A stretch of 40,255 nucleotides of DNA from a virus (IMGVR_UViG_3300049924_000058:1-40255), one strand, 5' to 3'; shown: positions 28,381 to 38,113, counted from the stretch's first letter. Made by a program: numbers and translations. The notes: generated by a model not told the origin, from the letters alone.

Positions 28381-28792
28381 GAATAGTTCCTACTTCTGTT
28401 AACACCCTAGCCTCTGTGAACTCGGGGTTCAAGGACTTAACCAGCTTAGGAAGTTCTTTCTCAAGTCTAGCTCTAAGCTCTTTAATTGATTGTGCGTCAT
28501 TGGGATCAACAGCAACTGCTTCCAGTTTTTCTGCCCAGCCGTAGCGGTTCTTCATAACCATGACATACAGGGAGGTGTTAAAGGCCCTGTCGTTAAGATT
28601 CTTACGGGCTTTCTCCATCCACCAAGCGTGACTGAGCATACGACCGAAGTCAATGAGCTCTGCGAACTTGTCGTTATCTGTGTAAAGTTTAGAGAACTGC
28701 TTCAAAGTAATGCGCAGTTCCCTACAAACTTCTACATCTGAGTAACCTTCTTGGTATGCCTCAGTAACAATTTTAAGCCAGTCAGTGTTCAT
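28364..28792 (-). CDS. terS: Terminase small subunit
   Basis: N-terminal HTH; AWW...FNTSLY...MKNRYGW motif; immediately upstream of TerL. Confidence 0.8.
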   Translation of the reverse strand: MNTDWLKIVTEAYQEGYSDVEVCRELRITLKQFSKLYTDNDKFAELIDFGRMLSHAWWMEKARKNLNDRAFNTSLYVMVMKNRYGWAEKLEAVAVDPNDAQSIKELRARLEKELPKLVKSLNPEFTEARVLTEVGTILDTTS

Positions 28793-29145
28793 TAATTAGG
28801 TTCGAACCATCCGCCCTTACCGTCCGGAGACTTGTAGCGCGTTAGGCCGCCTTTATCTAGTATCTTAGCGAGAGGGTAAACGGAGCTGTTATTAGCGTCG
28901 TGCTGCTCAACTCCCACCAGGAGAAGCTCTTCGAAGCCAGTCTCAGTGTTCAGAGCACGCATAACTCCGATAGTATTCAGCATAGCGCCTTCGTAGAACA
29001 GACGGAGCAACGATTGTGCAGGAGCATCAGCGCCTTGATTGCTGAAGATGTGCATCAACAGCTCTACTTCTTTTGGTGCTTCTACAACATTTCCTTCCAC
29101 GTCTACATCTACAATATCGTCTTTTTTGGGGTTTACAAGCTTCAT
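28792..29145 (-). CDS. Hypothetical protein
   Basis: AGGAGG SD; TAATG coupling to terS. Confidence 0.7.
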   Translation of the reverse strand: MKLVNPKKDDIVDVDVEGNVVEAPKEVELLMHIFSNQGADAPAQSLLRLFYEGAMLNTIGVMRALNTETGFEELLLVGVEQHDANNSSVYPLAKILDKGGLTRYKSPDGKGGWFEPN

Positions 29146-29176
29146 CTGGGTCCTCCTAGGACTAGGGTATTTAGAG

Positions 29177-29452
29177 TTAAGGTTCCCGCTGCGTATCGTT
29201 TAGTATAGATTCTATACCTTCTAGGCGATTGTACATCTTGTCAGCAGTACCAGAGCACTCGTCGTAGAGGTCCAACAGTTCCTTATTTATCAACTGTCTG
29301 CCCAGGATCTGCCTGTAATATGCAATATTCTGGCAATGCTCGCGCTTTAGTAGCTCCGGGTCCACCGGTCTCACCAGCTTCCCAGGACATCCCGATAACA
29401 GCATCAGGGATGAAAGTACAAGCCCAGTCAGCAGCTTCTTTGTTATTGACAT
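29177..29452 (-). CDS. o-spanin (Rz1-like lipoprotein)
   Basis: Signal peptide with lipobox LLSG-C, PVDPELL; overlaps the 3' end of the i-spanin in another frame. Confidence 0.8.
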   Translation of the reverse strand: MSITKKLLTGLVLSSLMLLSGCPGKLVRPVDPELLKREHCQNIAYYRQILGRQLINKELLDLYDECSGTADKMYNRLEGIESILNDTQREP

Positions 29453-29735
29453 AGATATATTCCCTTTTAATTTTAGTTTTAGTGACGACTCTATCTATCA
29501 CTTTGTCTTTGTACACGATCTTAGGCAGTACTTCTTTCTCTTTTTTATCCGCGGCTTTGGCTACTGCTTTGTATCCGTCGATAATAGAATTGGCCTCTTC
29601 GAGGTCTTCTTTTACACCCATGTACATACACGAGGGTGTTATGAGTATACCTAGCACTACAACGAGAGCTACAATACGCAGCCAAAAAGCTAGGGTCTGC
29701 TTAGCGAACCAAGCCCCTATCTGTAAATGAAGCAT
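29283..29735 (-). CDS. i-spanin (Rz-like)
   Basis: Start revised to ATG 29735 (AAGGAG SD). N-terminal TM helix, coiled coil, WAC..IPDAV motif. Confidence 0.8.
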   Translation of the reverse strand: MLHLQIGAWFAKQTLAFWLRIVALVVVLGILITPSCMYMGVKEDLEEANSIIDGYKAVAKAADKKEKEVLPKIVYKDKVIDRVVTKTKIKREYIYVNNKEAADWACTFIPDAVIGMSWEAGETGGPGATKARALPEYCILQADPGQTVDK

Positions 29736-29745
29736 TTGAATCTCC

Positions 29746-29853
29746 TTAGAATGGGGCCGGATGGCCGCTGGCCAAGAACATGCAGGTAGGTACCATAACA
29801 AGTACCAGTACTGCTAGTAGTCCTAATATAGCTCTTGGGGTCGGACGTTTCAT
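29746..29853 (-). CDS. 35-aa single-TM peptide in the lysis cassette (not in the ORF track)
   Basis: MKRPTPRAILGLLAVLVLVMVPTCMFLASGHPAPF*. ATGA overlap with the upstream gene; its TAA overlaps the SD of the i-spanin. Confidence 0.65.
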   Translation of the reverse strand: MKRPTPRAILGLLAVLVLVMVPTCMFLASGHPAPF

Positions 29854-30155
29854 AATTGACATGTGTTCTTCCTTCTGGGCATTTTGGGCCGTATCCTAGA
29901 GGCAAATAGGAGCTCGGCTATTCCTGCTATTAGTAGTATATAAGCCTCGTGTACAAAAGAGTAGTCCCCTAAAATTGCTGAAAGTGCGCTACCAGCGGCA
30001 CCTGCAGCTATGCTTATGAGGCCCGAAGCATAGAAAATAGGATAAACGCATTTAAGATCCTTGAGGGACATAGCGTTCAGGCGAGGGACTACCCCCAGCA
30101 GTATACTCAAGCATAGTAGTATCAGAACTAACTTATACATCTTTCTTTCCTCCAA
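29850..30155 (-). CDS. Membrane protein (about 3 TM), holin/antiholin candidate
   Basis: Three hydrophobic segments and a basic C-terminus. True start may be ATG 30140 (MYKLV; GGAGG upstream). Confidence 0.65.
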   Translation of the reverse strand: MEERKMYKLVLILLCLSILLGVVPRLNAMSLKDLKCVYPIFYASGLISIAAGAAGSALSAILGDYSFVHEAYILLIAGIAELLFASRIRPKMPRRKNTCQL

Positions 30156-30567
30156 CTAAGTCTTGGAATTTGGAAAAAACTGTTCTGATAGTGTCAGGAA
30201 TGACGTCTATGATTGCTGGTATAACCCACCTACCAAACAGGCTGACTAGAAATCCTAGAACCTGGCTTGGTATCTGCTTTACCCATCCAAACCCTGGTAC
30301 GGTCGGTAGAAAACTCGAAGCCATAGCTCCAGCCATAGCAGAGGCTATAAAAATAGCCCACATCTTGGTTTTGGGTCTGAGAGGCTCAGCTATCATACTA
30401 GCTAAGAGAGCCCCTATTAAAGAGAGCAGCAACGTAGACAACCCGACAGAAAAGAGATACATTACTATATCATTCGAGGCTACGAGGCTTTTAGGGACTT
30501 TAGTGGCTGTTATACCGACAGCTGTACTTACAGCCATCCCAACAGTCACTATTTTAGTACTTAGCAT
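30133..30567 (-). CDS. Holin-like membrane protein
   Basis: 3-4 hydrophobic helices; directly downstream of the endolysin. Confidence 0.65.
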   Translation of the reverse strand: MLSTKIVTVGMAVSTAVGITATKVPKSLVASNDIVMYLFSVGLSTLLLSLIGALLASMIAEPLRPKTKMWAIFIASAMAGAMASSFLPTVPGFGWVKQIPSQVLGFLVSLFGRWVIPAIIDVIPDTIRTVFSKFQDLVGGKKDV

Positions 30568-30582
30568 AGTTCACATCCTTGT

Positions 30583-31005
30583 TTAGATTTTAGAGAGCTG
30601 GAAGTGCATTCCGTCCTTGGTATTCCAGTCACCGCCCCAGTCGAACCCAGCATCCTTAAAGCACTGGGCTAGTTCCTTAGACATGGTTACGGGCTTGTTG
30701 TAACCGTTCCATGCCGCGTTGATGTCGATAGCAACTCCCCAGCTGTGTAAGCTGGCTGTACTACCGCCTTTCTTCTTACGAATGTTGAAGCATCCATCCC
30801 AGGTCTTTACCTGGTCAGTAAGCTTTCTATCCACTATGTTCTTGAAAGCTGCCGATAAAGGAGCTATCATATCTTTATTGCAGTAGACCTTATCAGGTAA
30901 GAAACCTACTTCTAGAGCTGGCGGGACATCCCAAACCGTCATAAAAGCTTCCTTTTCCGGAGGTCCGTATTTCTTAAGGCACTGCGCGCTTGTTAACATA
31001 AACAA
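30583..31005 (-). CDS. Endolysin, M15 family (L-Ala-D-Glu peptidase-like)
   Basis: FNIR...SLHSWGVAIDIN...WGGDW..DGMHFQ Zn-peptidase motifs. Confidence 0.92.
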   Translation of the reverse strand: MFMLTSAQCLKKYGPPEKEAFMTVWDVPPALEVGFLPDKVYCNKDMIAPLSAAFKNIVDRKLTDQVKTWDGCFNIRKKKGGSTASLHSWGVAIDINAAWNGYNKPVTMSKELAQCFKDAGFDWGGDWNTKDGMHFQLSKI

Positions 31006-31008
31006 TCC

Positions 31009-31398
31009 TTATGGTTGTGTTAGAGTACGCCGTCCCCGAACAGGACGCTCTCTATCAGGGATATCTGTAGCAGTAGTAGTCACAGCTTCGTTGTACAGCT
31101 CATCGAATATACTTTTCAGTATAGGGCTTACCAGGAGTACTGGCAGCGTTGCTGGCTCAGGACCTCCCATATTAACCAAAGCCACACGACTGGCCAACTG
31201 CTCAATGGTTGCCTCGATGCTAGGCACTTCGGTATTGCGCACCATGCCGACGTAAACGTCGTCTTCATATACCATGTCCCACACTTCAAAAATAACTGAG
31301 CCTTGTCCCGTGCTCGGGTCCCATCTAATGATGGTAGTCGGAGATACTGCTTCTAAACGCTGTGTTACGGCAGGAGTAGTACTTATTCGTCTTGTCAT
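31009..31398 (-). CDS. Hypothetical (fibre-associated) protein
   Basis: AAGGT SD; operonic position after the propeller gene. Confidence 0.6.
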   Translation of the reverse strand: MTRRISTTPAVTQRLEAVSPTTIIRWDPSTGQGSVIFEVWDMVYEDDVYVGMVRNTEVPSIEATIEQLASRVALVNMGGPEPATLPVLLVSPILKSIFDELYNEAVTTTATDIPDRERPVRGRRTLTQP

Positions 31399-31418
31399 TA
31401 TTAATACCTTTTATATAA

Positions 31419-32354
31419 TTAAGGAGTAGCCAAAAGGCCGTATATATAATTACCTCCTAAGCTAAGATTAGCAGATATATCAGTCCATGTTATACCGTCG
31501 GAGCTATATTTACAAACGCTGGTCCCGGTACTACCCACCACAAAATTAGTACCGTCATAGGTTATTACTGCTACGCCAGAGGGCATTCCTGATATCTGAT
31601 ACTGAGTCCAGCTACTAAGAGAGGCATCACTTTTTCTATAATACCCTCCAGCTTCCATCAGAATAAGCCCCTTACCAGGACCAAAAGCTGCCCCGCCATA
31701 ATAAGCACCGGTACCTCTAGTACCTATAGTTAGGGCAGACCAGGTTACGCCGTCTGTGGATCTAACAGCCTCTAAGGAATTTGTAGTGGCTATAACAAAT
31801 TCGCTGCCTGTCCACACTGCACAATAAGGCAAGCTCCCTGCGCCAGTAGGCAATCCTGTAGTCACACTTGTCCAAGTAATACCGTCTGTAGAACGCATAA
31901 CCCTACCGTAACGGGCAGTCGCCAAGAAACAATTACCACCAAAAATCAAAGTACCTGTATTTTCCGTTCCTAAGGTGGATGTACGAGCAGTCCATGTTAT
32001 GCCATCAGGAGAGGACGCTAAGACATCAGACAAACCTGCTATAACTACAAAAACACCTGCCCCATACGCTACATTTTGTACATCAGCCCCTGCTAAAGGG
32101 GTCACAGGGCGGCTAGTCCACGCAGCACCGTCAGGCGACGTCCACACAGACTCGTAAGATCCTGTAACGTATAAACCACCACCAAAAGCCAGACTACCTC
32201 CTGAATAAGGGGATAGCGTTTGTGGGTTAGTCCAAGAACCAGAGGTTACAGGTAAGGCTTTATATCTAACTAAACCCCCAGTACCTATAGCAGTTATTCT
32301 AGAAAATCCCGCTGAAGGGCTCATTAAAAGGTTCCTAAGCATGATATTATACAC
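31419..32354 (-). CDS. Beta-propeller protein with Asp-box (S-x-D-G-x-x-W) repeats, putative receptor-binding protein
   Basis: SPDGAAW, SPDGITW, STDGITW, STDGVTW, SSDGITW at roughly 43-aa spacing. Confidence 0.75.
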   Translation of the reverse strand: MYNIMLRNLLMSPSAGFSRITAIGTGGLVRYKALPVTSGSWTNPQTLSPYSGGSLAFGGGLYVTGSYESVWTSPDGAAWTSRPVTPLAGADVQNVAYGAGVFVVIAGLSDVLASSPDGITWTARTSTLGTENTGTLIFGGNCFLATARYGRVMRSTDGITWTSVTTGLPTGAGSLPYCAVWTGSEFVIATTNSLEAVRSTDGVTWSALTIGTRGTGAYYGGAAFGPGKGLILMEAGGYYRKSDASLSSWTQYQISGMPSGVAVITYDGTNFVVGSTGTSVCKYSSDGITWTDISANLSLGGNYIYGLLATP

Positions 32355-34218
32355 TCTCCTGCATAGCGTAGCGCCAAGTAGTTCCGTTATCGAAGGTTTT
32401 AGCGCACAAGACGGTTACACTATTGGCTGCTAAACTTATACCTGTGTCCGAAGTACCAAGGGCCTTAAAAGAGGCTGGAAGAGCAAACGTTCTATTGCCA
32501 GTAGCGTCTTGCTTAATTTCTAGGTCTATCTCTGTTATATTAGAAGCACCTCTTAGATTAGTAAGGACTACTGAAGTGACGTTAGAGGTTAAAGTAACTT
32601 TAAAGTTTCTATACAAAGAGCAGTCAAGAGTTATTACTCCTGAGGATATACTCAGTGTGCCTAAGGCATCAGGATTAGTCTGAGCTACTACCCACCCAGT
32701 ATTAGTATTTACTCCTGACTCTTTCACCCATAAGGTCGTACCTGCGCCGCCGCTTAGGTTGCTATAGGTGTCACCGAGGTTGCCTCTCATCACGCCGTTA
32801 GGATTTCCAGTTCCGCATAGATGCCTGGATGTAATTGCGGTTTGGTCATAACGTAAGTCCAAAAATCCGCCTTGTAGCGTAAAAGCCGCCGACAAGGTAG
32901 CTAGGGATGTGTATGTGCGTTGAAGGGGAAAGTTACAATCGTTCCGTATTATCGCACTAGGAGAAGTGGAACTACCGAACTGCAAATTAAATGCCTTAAC
33001 GCTACACCCGTAAGCATCCTTGATAGCCAGAAACACATCGCCAGCTTTTAATGACGAGCCGGATAGTAAGTTAAATATGAGGGTATTTAAAGCCGCACAC
33101 ATAATCCAGCTATGGTAAGAGTAGCGAATAGAGCCAATACAAGTAAATTGCGCCCAGCAATAGAAAAGCGTTTTATCAAAGGCTGCCTGTACGTTGGCCA
33201 CCGGATAGCCGAGATTCACAAGAACGACTGTTCCGTTCGTGCCGATAGGTGCTAATGAATGCACTTCACACGAACCATCAGCCACATAAAGTTTAAACCC
33301 CTCGGCGTTGTATGGCTGTGAATTGTATGGGCTGTGAAGCGGCTGTAATGCGGTGGTGTCCAGGTAGGGATAAGAGCACCCAATAGCCGCCACTGGCTTT
33401 GCACCAATGGATGGGAGCGTTAGATATATCCATTCTTTATTGTCAGAGACTATCGCCACGCCGCTAATCGAAAAATTCCGAGGGAAGACTATGTAATAGC
33501 TATTGAGGTTAGAAGCTTCTGGTTTTATTCGGCACGGAAATCGGCTCTCTATAAGCGCTTTGTTTGCTACAAATTTAGCGGTCTCTTCGGACGCATAGTT
33601 AGCTGTTGATGATATAGCCGACCACTCACCCGTAGTGATGTTTGAAGGAGTGGATTTAGACTCGACAACGAACCGACAATTTGCAGATGCCGCTGCACCC
33701 GCAATGCCTAGAAAGGCGTTAGCCTCACCGCCGTCAACACCATAAGTAAACAGATGCATAAAACCTGTTGAGTAGTGATCGCCATCACCGAGCAACATGG
33801 TAATTATGTTATCGCCGTTCAGCGGCAGACGCGGTAGAATCTCAAGGATTGAAAGCACCGCCGCATAGACCGTCTTGAACTTGTACGGGTCGGTGATGCC
33901 TTCATCGGCGTTGGTGATGTCGATGTCGAAGGTGTAGGTTACGCCGTCGAAGAATATCCGCGGCTCCAGGCCGATCACGTCAGCGATCACATGGTCGTGC
34001 GCTTCGGGCGGAAACGTAGTAGGCTTATCGGTTAAGTCATTCCAGCTAGACACGCCCCCAGACGTTGAACCAGAATAATGTGCATGGTAGTCTCCTAGGA
34101 GATCCATAAGGGCTTTACTCTCACCAGAATTAAACCATGGCTGAAGCAAAGACCCAGATAGAGGTAAATTCTCAGGCTGTGTATCTAATGGTATGTAAGG
34201 ATCGTACGGTAATGGCAT
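32347..34218 (-). CDS. Tail fibre/tailspike (mosaic)
   Basis: SWNDLTDKPTTFPPEAHDH motif, beta-rich centre, GTGNPNG...GGAGTTLWVKESG..NTGW module and C-terminal KQDATGNRT...FDNGTTW module. Confidence 0.8.
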   Translation of the reverse strand: MPLPYDPYIPLDTQPENLPLSGSLLQPWFNSGESKALMDLLGDYHAHYSGSTSGGVSSWNDLTDKPTTFPPEAHDHVIADVIGLEPRIFFDGVTYTFDIDITNADEGITDPYKFKTVYAAVLSILEILPRLPLNGDNIITMLLGDGDHYSTGFMHLFTYGVDGGEANAFLGIAGAAASANCRFVVESKSTPSNITTGEWSAISSTANYASEETAKFVANKALIESRFPCRIKPEASNLNSYYIVFPRNFSISGVAIVSDNKEWIYLTLPSIGAKPVAAIGCSYPYLDTTALQPLHSPYNSQPYNAEGFKLYVADGSCEVHSLAPIGTNGTVVLVNLGYPVANVQAAFDKTLFYCWAQFTCIGSIRYSYHSWIMCAALNTLIFNLLSGSSLKAGDVFLAIKDAYGCSVKAFNLQFGSSTSPSAIIRNDCNFPLQRTYTSLATLSAAFTLQGGFLDLRYDQTAITSRHLCGTGNPNGVMRGNLGDTYSNLSGGAGTTLWVKESGVNTNTGWVVAQTNPDALGTLSISSGVITLDCSLYRNFKVTLTSNVTSVVLTNLRGASNITEIDLEIKQDATGNRTFALPASFKALGTSDTGISLAANSVTVLCAKTFDNGTTWRYAMQESV

Positions 34219-34231
34219 TGAGCTCTCTCTG

Positions 34232-36742
34232 TTATGCTATCTTTTGACACTCTACCTGATAGTAGTATAGTGTGGAGGTTAGTACTTCGTGCAGTTCTGC
34301 TGTAGGATTAGAATCAATTATAGCCTTATAAAGATCTGTTAGTTTAGAATTAAGCCACACAGTCTCTCTATTCTTAGATAAATTAGCTTCCTCTACAGCT
34401 TCTGTCTCTGTTATAGGACGGCCGTAGCCTATGCGTAATATAGTAGGAGTTTCAGGAGCTACATACACGTACGGCACGTACTCACATTTAGTTAACACCC
34501 TAGCCCACATGGCGTACTCAAGACCTCTAACGGTAGTATGAATACCTCTCTGGTTTCCCTTAGCTCTGAGCCCGTCAAATAACCTTACGTCATACTCGGT
34601 TACTGTAGAAGGTAGTGTGGAAGTTATGGTGCCTGTGAAGACAAGTAGAGCAGCTCCGTTTATACCAAGACTCCTAGCAGTTGCTAGGCTTCCGGTGTTT
34701 AGGATACTCTGTACTCCAGATATAGATGCTTGCTTTCCAGCAACAGCTGTACCTAGATTTAACTGGGCATTAGCTCCTGTCAGGAATACTATAACGTCCG
34801 AGCCTACTTGTGTGAAACCTTGCTGTACTGCTACAGAGGTTCCAGAAGCAGCTACTGTTTTAGTTGTTCCTAAAGAGCCTCTGGAAGCTGTAGTGTTTTG
34901 TCCAGTGATAGAGACTACTACTGAATTCTGCACTACAACCGAGGACTGTGCTATAGAAGTACTTTGTCCGGCCAGTGCAGCTTGTCTTGTAGAAACAATG
35001 CTTTGTTGCTGTACGCTAGCGGATTGTCCGCTTAGAGTTACTGTCTTGGTGAGCGTTAGCGAACCCGACGAAACTGTAGTGGACACGCCTGTTATAGAAG
35101 CCGTACCATCTGCTACACCGGTAGTAACTTCGGCTAGATTTGGAGCAGCTTGTATATTATTAGTCGGAGAGCTTGTGGCTCTTCTAAAATATAACTGAAC
35201 CTCATACGCAGTGTTTAAACTAAGCCCGCTCTGAGTTGTAGTTGCGCTAATCTCGCCTAGCTGATCTAGCTCACCGACCACTACACGGCAGTCTGCGATA
35301 GCCTCTATCTCAGTTCCTACATCAACCCAACTACCGCCTAGAGTTCTATACCTCCATATAGCGAAAGCATTGTAGATACCATCTGTTAGAGTACCTACAT
35401 CGTAGAATATGTAACCAGAAAAATCTAGTTTCCCTAAGGAACCAGATGACACTCTAAGTATGTCAGTAACAGCAGCAAAGCTAGTGCCTCCTGCTATGCC
35501 TGATATGGTATCAGCAGCGTAGGTAGGAGCTATGTCGCCTATGCTAGAACTTAGACTTGAGCCGCTTAGCGCTTTTGTGAGGCTTGTAGAAAGAGTACCA
35601 GTCTGGACTTGTGCTGACTGGCCTGTCAGGTTAACCGTAGCTGAGGTGGAGACAGTTACCGTACCAGCCGAGGAGCTTAACGCTTGTCCAGATACCGCTT
35701 TACTTATAGCGCTAGCTAAAGTACCAGCAGCTAAGGCTATAGAAACACCTGAAAGTGTTACTGAGTAACTAGCAGTTGTAGTTACTGTACCTGTATTGGC
35801 TGTAACCGCTTGTCCGGACAACGCCTTAGATAAGCTACTAGTTACTGAACCTATAGAGGCAGGTACGCTGATACCACTCAGAGATACAGTAGCACCCGTT
35901 GATGCTGTTACTGCCCCTGTTTGTAGAGCGTTGCTCTGTCCTGTTAGCCCTAGAGTCTTCGTTGTGCCTAAAGATCCCGCGCTTAGAGCTGCAGAGATGC
36001 CTGTAGGTAAGGCTAGTGTCTTTTGGGTTGTAGTAGATTGTAGAGCTAGGGTAGCGGCCTGCCCAGAGACAGGTACTGATAGTGTCTTTGTAACAGAGCC
36101 CTGAGAAGCGGACAAGGCTTGACCTGTTACTGATACCGAGACATCTCCGCTCACTTGCGCGGCAACGGCTACTGTTATGGGGATAGCCGCTATGTTGTTA
36201 GTCGGGGTCCCGGATGCCCTACGTAAATAGAGCTGTACTTCGTAGACAGTATTAGCCGATAACCCAGACTGGGAGGCTGCCGCTGAAATCTCACCAAAGT
36301 TGTCTAAAGCACCGCCCGTAACTGATGCGGGGAATGTCTGAGTGGTTTCAGTGCCTACATCAGTCCAGGAACCGCCTATTGTACGATAGCACCACAGCAA
36401 CCGCGCGCCATAAGTGCCATTAACCGTCTCGTTGGTGACGGTGTACTCCATAACCCCAGAGAAGTTCAGCTGTCCGCTGGACCCGCTGTTTATCGGCATA
36501 ACTTCCGTTATGGGGACAAAAGTGATGTCTGGTATGGATGTAGAGAGGACCGTACTCTCGTCGTACAGCGGAGCTAGTCTAGCTACCGCTACTGAGAGCC
36601 CCTGCCCAGTGATGGACACGGAGACGTCTCCGCCCCCAGCGTCTTGCACCAACCATTCATCAAACCAGTCGGATACGGGGACACTCCCATACCAACCTTG
36701 TAGGGTTAAGCTATCGCTGAATATCCGCTTAGGCGTTGCCAC
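34232..36742 (-). CDS. Repeat-rich fibre/appendage protein
   Basis: ~20-22-aa (V/L)(S/T)G(Q/V)...G(S/T)(V/L) repeats interrupted by two copies of a ~130-aa globular domain. Confidence 0.7.
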   Translation of the reverse strand: MATPKRIFSDSLTLQGWYGSVPVSDWFDEWLVQDAGGGDVSVSITGQGLSVAVARLAPLYDESTVLSTSIPDITFVPITEVMPINSGSSGQLNFSGVMEYTVTNETVNGTYGARLLWCYRTIGGSWTDVGTETTQTFPASVTGGALDNFGEISAAASQSGLSANTVYEVQLYLRRASGTPTNNIAAIPITVAVAAQVSGDVSVSVTGQALSASQGSVTKTLSVPVSGQAATLALQSTTTQKTLALPTGISAALSAGSLGTTKTLGLTGQSNALQTGAVTASTGATVSLSGISVPASIGSVTSSLSKALSGQAVTANTGTVTTTASYSVTLSGVSIALAAGTLASAISKAVSGQALSSSAGTVTVSTSATVNLTGQSAQVQTGTLSTSLTKALSGSSLSSSIGDIAPTYAADTISGIAGGTSFAAVTDILRVSSGSLGKLDFSGYIFYDVGTLTDGIYNAFAIWRYRTLGGSWVDVGTEIEAIADCRVVVGELDQLGEISATTTQSGLSLNTAYEVQLYFRRATSSPTNNIQAAPNLAEVTTGVADGTASITGVSTTVSSGSLTLTKTVTLSGQSASVQQQSIVSTRQAALAGQSTSIAQSSVVVQNSVVVSITGQNTTASRGSLGTTKTVAASGTSVAVQQGFTQVGSDVIVFLTGANAQLNLGTAVAGKQASISGVQSILNTGSLATARSLGINGAALLVFTGTITSTLPSTVTEYDVRLFDGLRAKGNQRGIHTTVRGLEYAMWARVLTKCEYVPYVYVAPETPTILRIGYGRPITETEAVEEANLSKNRETVWLNSKLTDLYKAIIDSNPTAELHEVLTSTLYYYQVECQKIA
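35141..36577 (-). repeat. Duplicated ~130-aa domain (36180-36577 and 35141-35533) separated by short tandem peptide repeats
   Basis: WCYRTIGGSWTDVGTE..GEISA..QSGLSANTVYEVQLYLRRASGTPTNNI versus WRYRTLGGSWVDVGTE..GEISA..QSGLSLNTAYEVQLYFRRATSSPTNNI. Confidence 0.9.
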
Positions 36743-36743
36743 A

Positions 36744-37649
36744 TTAGCTCACGCCAGCGTAAATCGTTACCAATCCGCCAGTGATTGCGGCGGCGGGGTC
36801 TGGGAGCGTTGTAGTCAAACCTGTGGTAGAAGTGCCGTGTAGGATGGGCACTGAGGATGCCAACTGACCACCTGTTTTCGCTGTACCGCCTTTCATGGTC
36901 ATCACTGTAGTGGCAGTCATATAGATGCCAATGTAATACAGTCCTGACGTAGGAACGCGGTAGGGGGTGAGCATAGCCAACGTCTTGACGGTGTTAGCTG
37001 CCCAAGCGGTAGTTGTCTGGTCGGCAGACTGGGCAAGCAAGGCACGATTGGCTGAATACAGCCCAACACGCCCGCCTGTGGGCGTACCTGCCGCTGTGGT
37101 TGCGGAACTTACGGTGATATTACTCACAAGCTGTCCTGCGTACAAATAGATAGCTTGCATGAACAGCGTACCAGAAGCGGTGGGTACAACAGTATTCACT
37201 TCAGGGCAGATTTCGCGGGGTATTGTTTCAGCGAAAATGTTCGTCATGCCTAGTACGCCGCGTGCAGGAACTGTATACGTATATGCCCCTAGCTGAGCGT
37301 CACGATGCACCCACGTACCATCCTCCTGCATATTCAAATGCTCATCAGGAAGCAGCGTGCAGTTGACTATATCAATGCTCGTGGTGCCGTCGAAGTGTTG
37401 CACCGTGACGGTTGTCGCCACTGTTGCATGGGTGTTGTGGATAAACAAGGCTTTCACGTTGCGCTGAGTAGAAGCCGCAGGAGAACCTACAACGGTTGTA
37501 GTCGCAGCGGTAGTAATAGGCGTAGTGTTTGTACGTCCGGGGGTTATAGTACCAGCGTTGTTATCCACCCACGAAGCATGGACGTCAACGTCAGCGGCCG
37601 CGCCCGTTACGATGCGGATAATATCTGATGTACTCGTCAGGAGTAGCAT
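36744..37649 (-). CDS. Thr-rich two-domain virion structural protein
   Basis: Beta-rich; TAATG coupling; part of the fibre cluster. Confidence 0.65.
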   Translation of the reverse strand: MLLLTSTSDIIRIVTGAAADVDVHASWVDNNAGTITPGRTNTTPITTAATTTVVGSPAASTQRNVKALFIHNTHATVATTVTVQHFDGTTSIDIVNCTLLPDEHLNMQEDGTWVHRDAQLGAYTYTVPARGVLGMTNIFAETIPREICPEVNTVVPTASGTLFMQAIYLYAGQLVSNITVSSATTAAGTPTGGRVGLYSANRALLAQSADQTTTAWAANTVKTLAMLTPYRVPTSGLYYIGIYMTATTVMTMKGGTAKTGGQLASSVPILHGTSTTGLTTTLPDPAAAITGGLVTIYAGVS

Positions 37650-38113
37650 TAGCTGATTCTCAGTAGACCAGTAGTTAGATCGTTGGTAGGCATGTTGATG
37701 GTAAAGTTACCAGCAGTGACTGTTTGCGAACCGAAAGTGAAGGCTGCGACAGCTTTGTTGCTTTGTGTGCTGTTATAGAGCAGAACGCAGTCAAAAGCGG
37801 TAGCTAGAGTGACTGTAGTCCACGAAAAAGCAGCGGAAGGTGTCCAGAAAGCAACGATTCCGGTACCACCAGTGTTAGCTGGGGCTGTTGCGTTGGTAAC
37901 GGTGACTCCGCCAGCGGTGTAGCCTGTTCCGGAGACCTCGTTAGTAGCCGAATAGGCGGTAGTAGTACTGTCTACGGTAGCTGTAGCCAGGTACAGAGCA
38001 GCTTTGAAGGTATCTGCACCAGTACCCGCCCTAACTACGGATGTGCCGAATGCGTGGATGCCATTTAGCAGCTCCACACGGAAGGTTTTGCAAATTGCTT
38101 GGGTATTGGCCAA
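37649..38113 (-). CDS. Conserved phage structural protein (fibre-base-like)
   Basis: FKAALY...TAYSATNEVSGTGYTAGG motif common in environmental phages; GAGG SD with TTG start. Confidence 0.7.
   Translation of the reverse strand: MANTQAICKTFRVELLNGIHAFGTSVVRAGTGADTFKAALYLATATVDSTTTAYSATNEVSGTGYTAGGVTVTNATAPANTGGTGIVAFWTPSAAFSWTTVTLATAFDCVLLYNSTQSNKAVAAFTFGSQTVTAGNFTINMPTNDLTTGLLRIS

Noticed and set aside
29736-29905. ORF-track start at 29801 for the i-spanin, and ORF 29717..29905
   Set aside because: A strong SD precedes ATG 29735, and the interval is better explained by the coupled 35-aa TM ORF.
31419-36742. Diversity-generating retroelement or invertible fibre cassette
   Set aside because: The duplicated domain differs at all base types, not only adenines, and no reverse transcriptase or invertase is present in the window.
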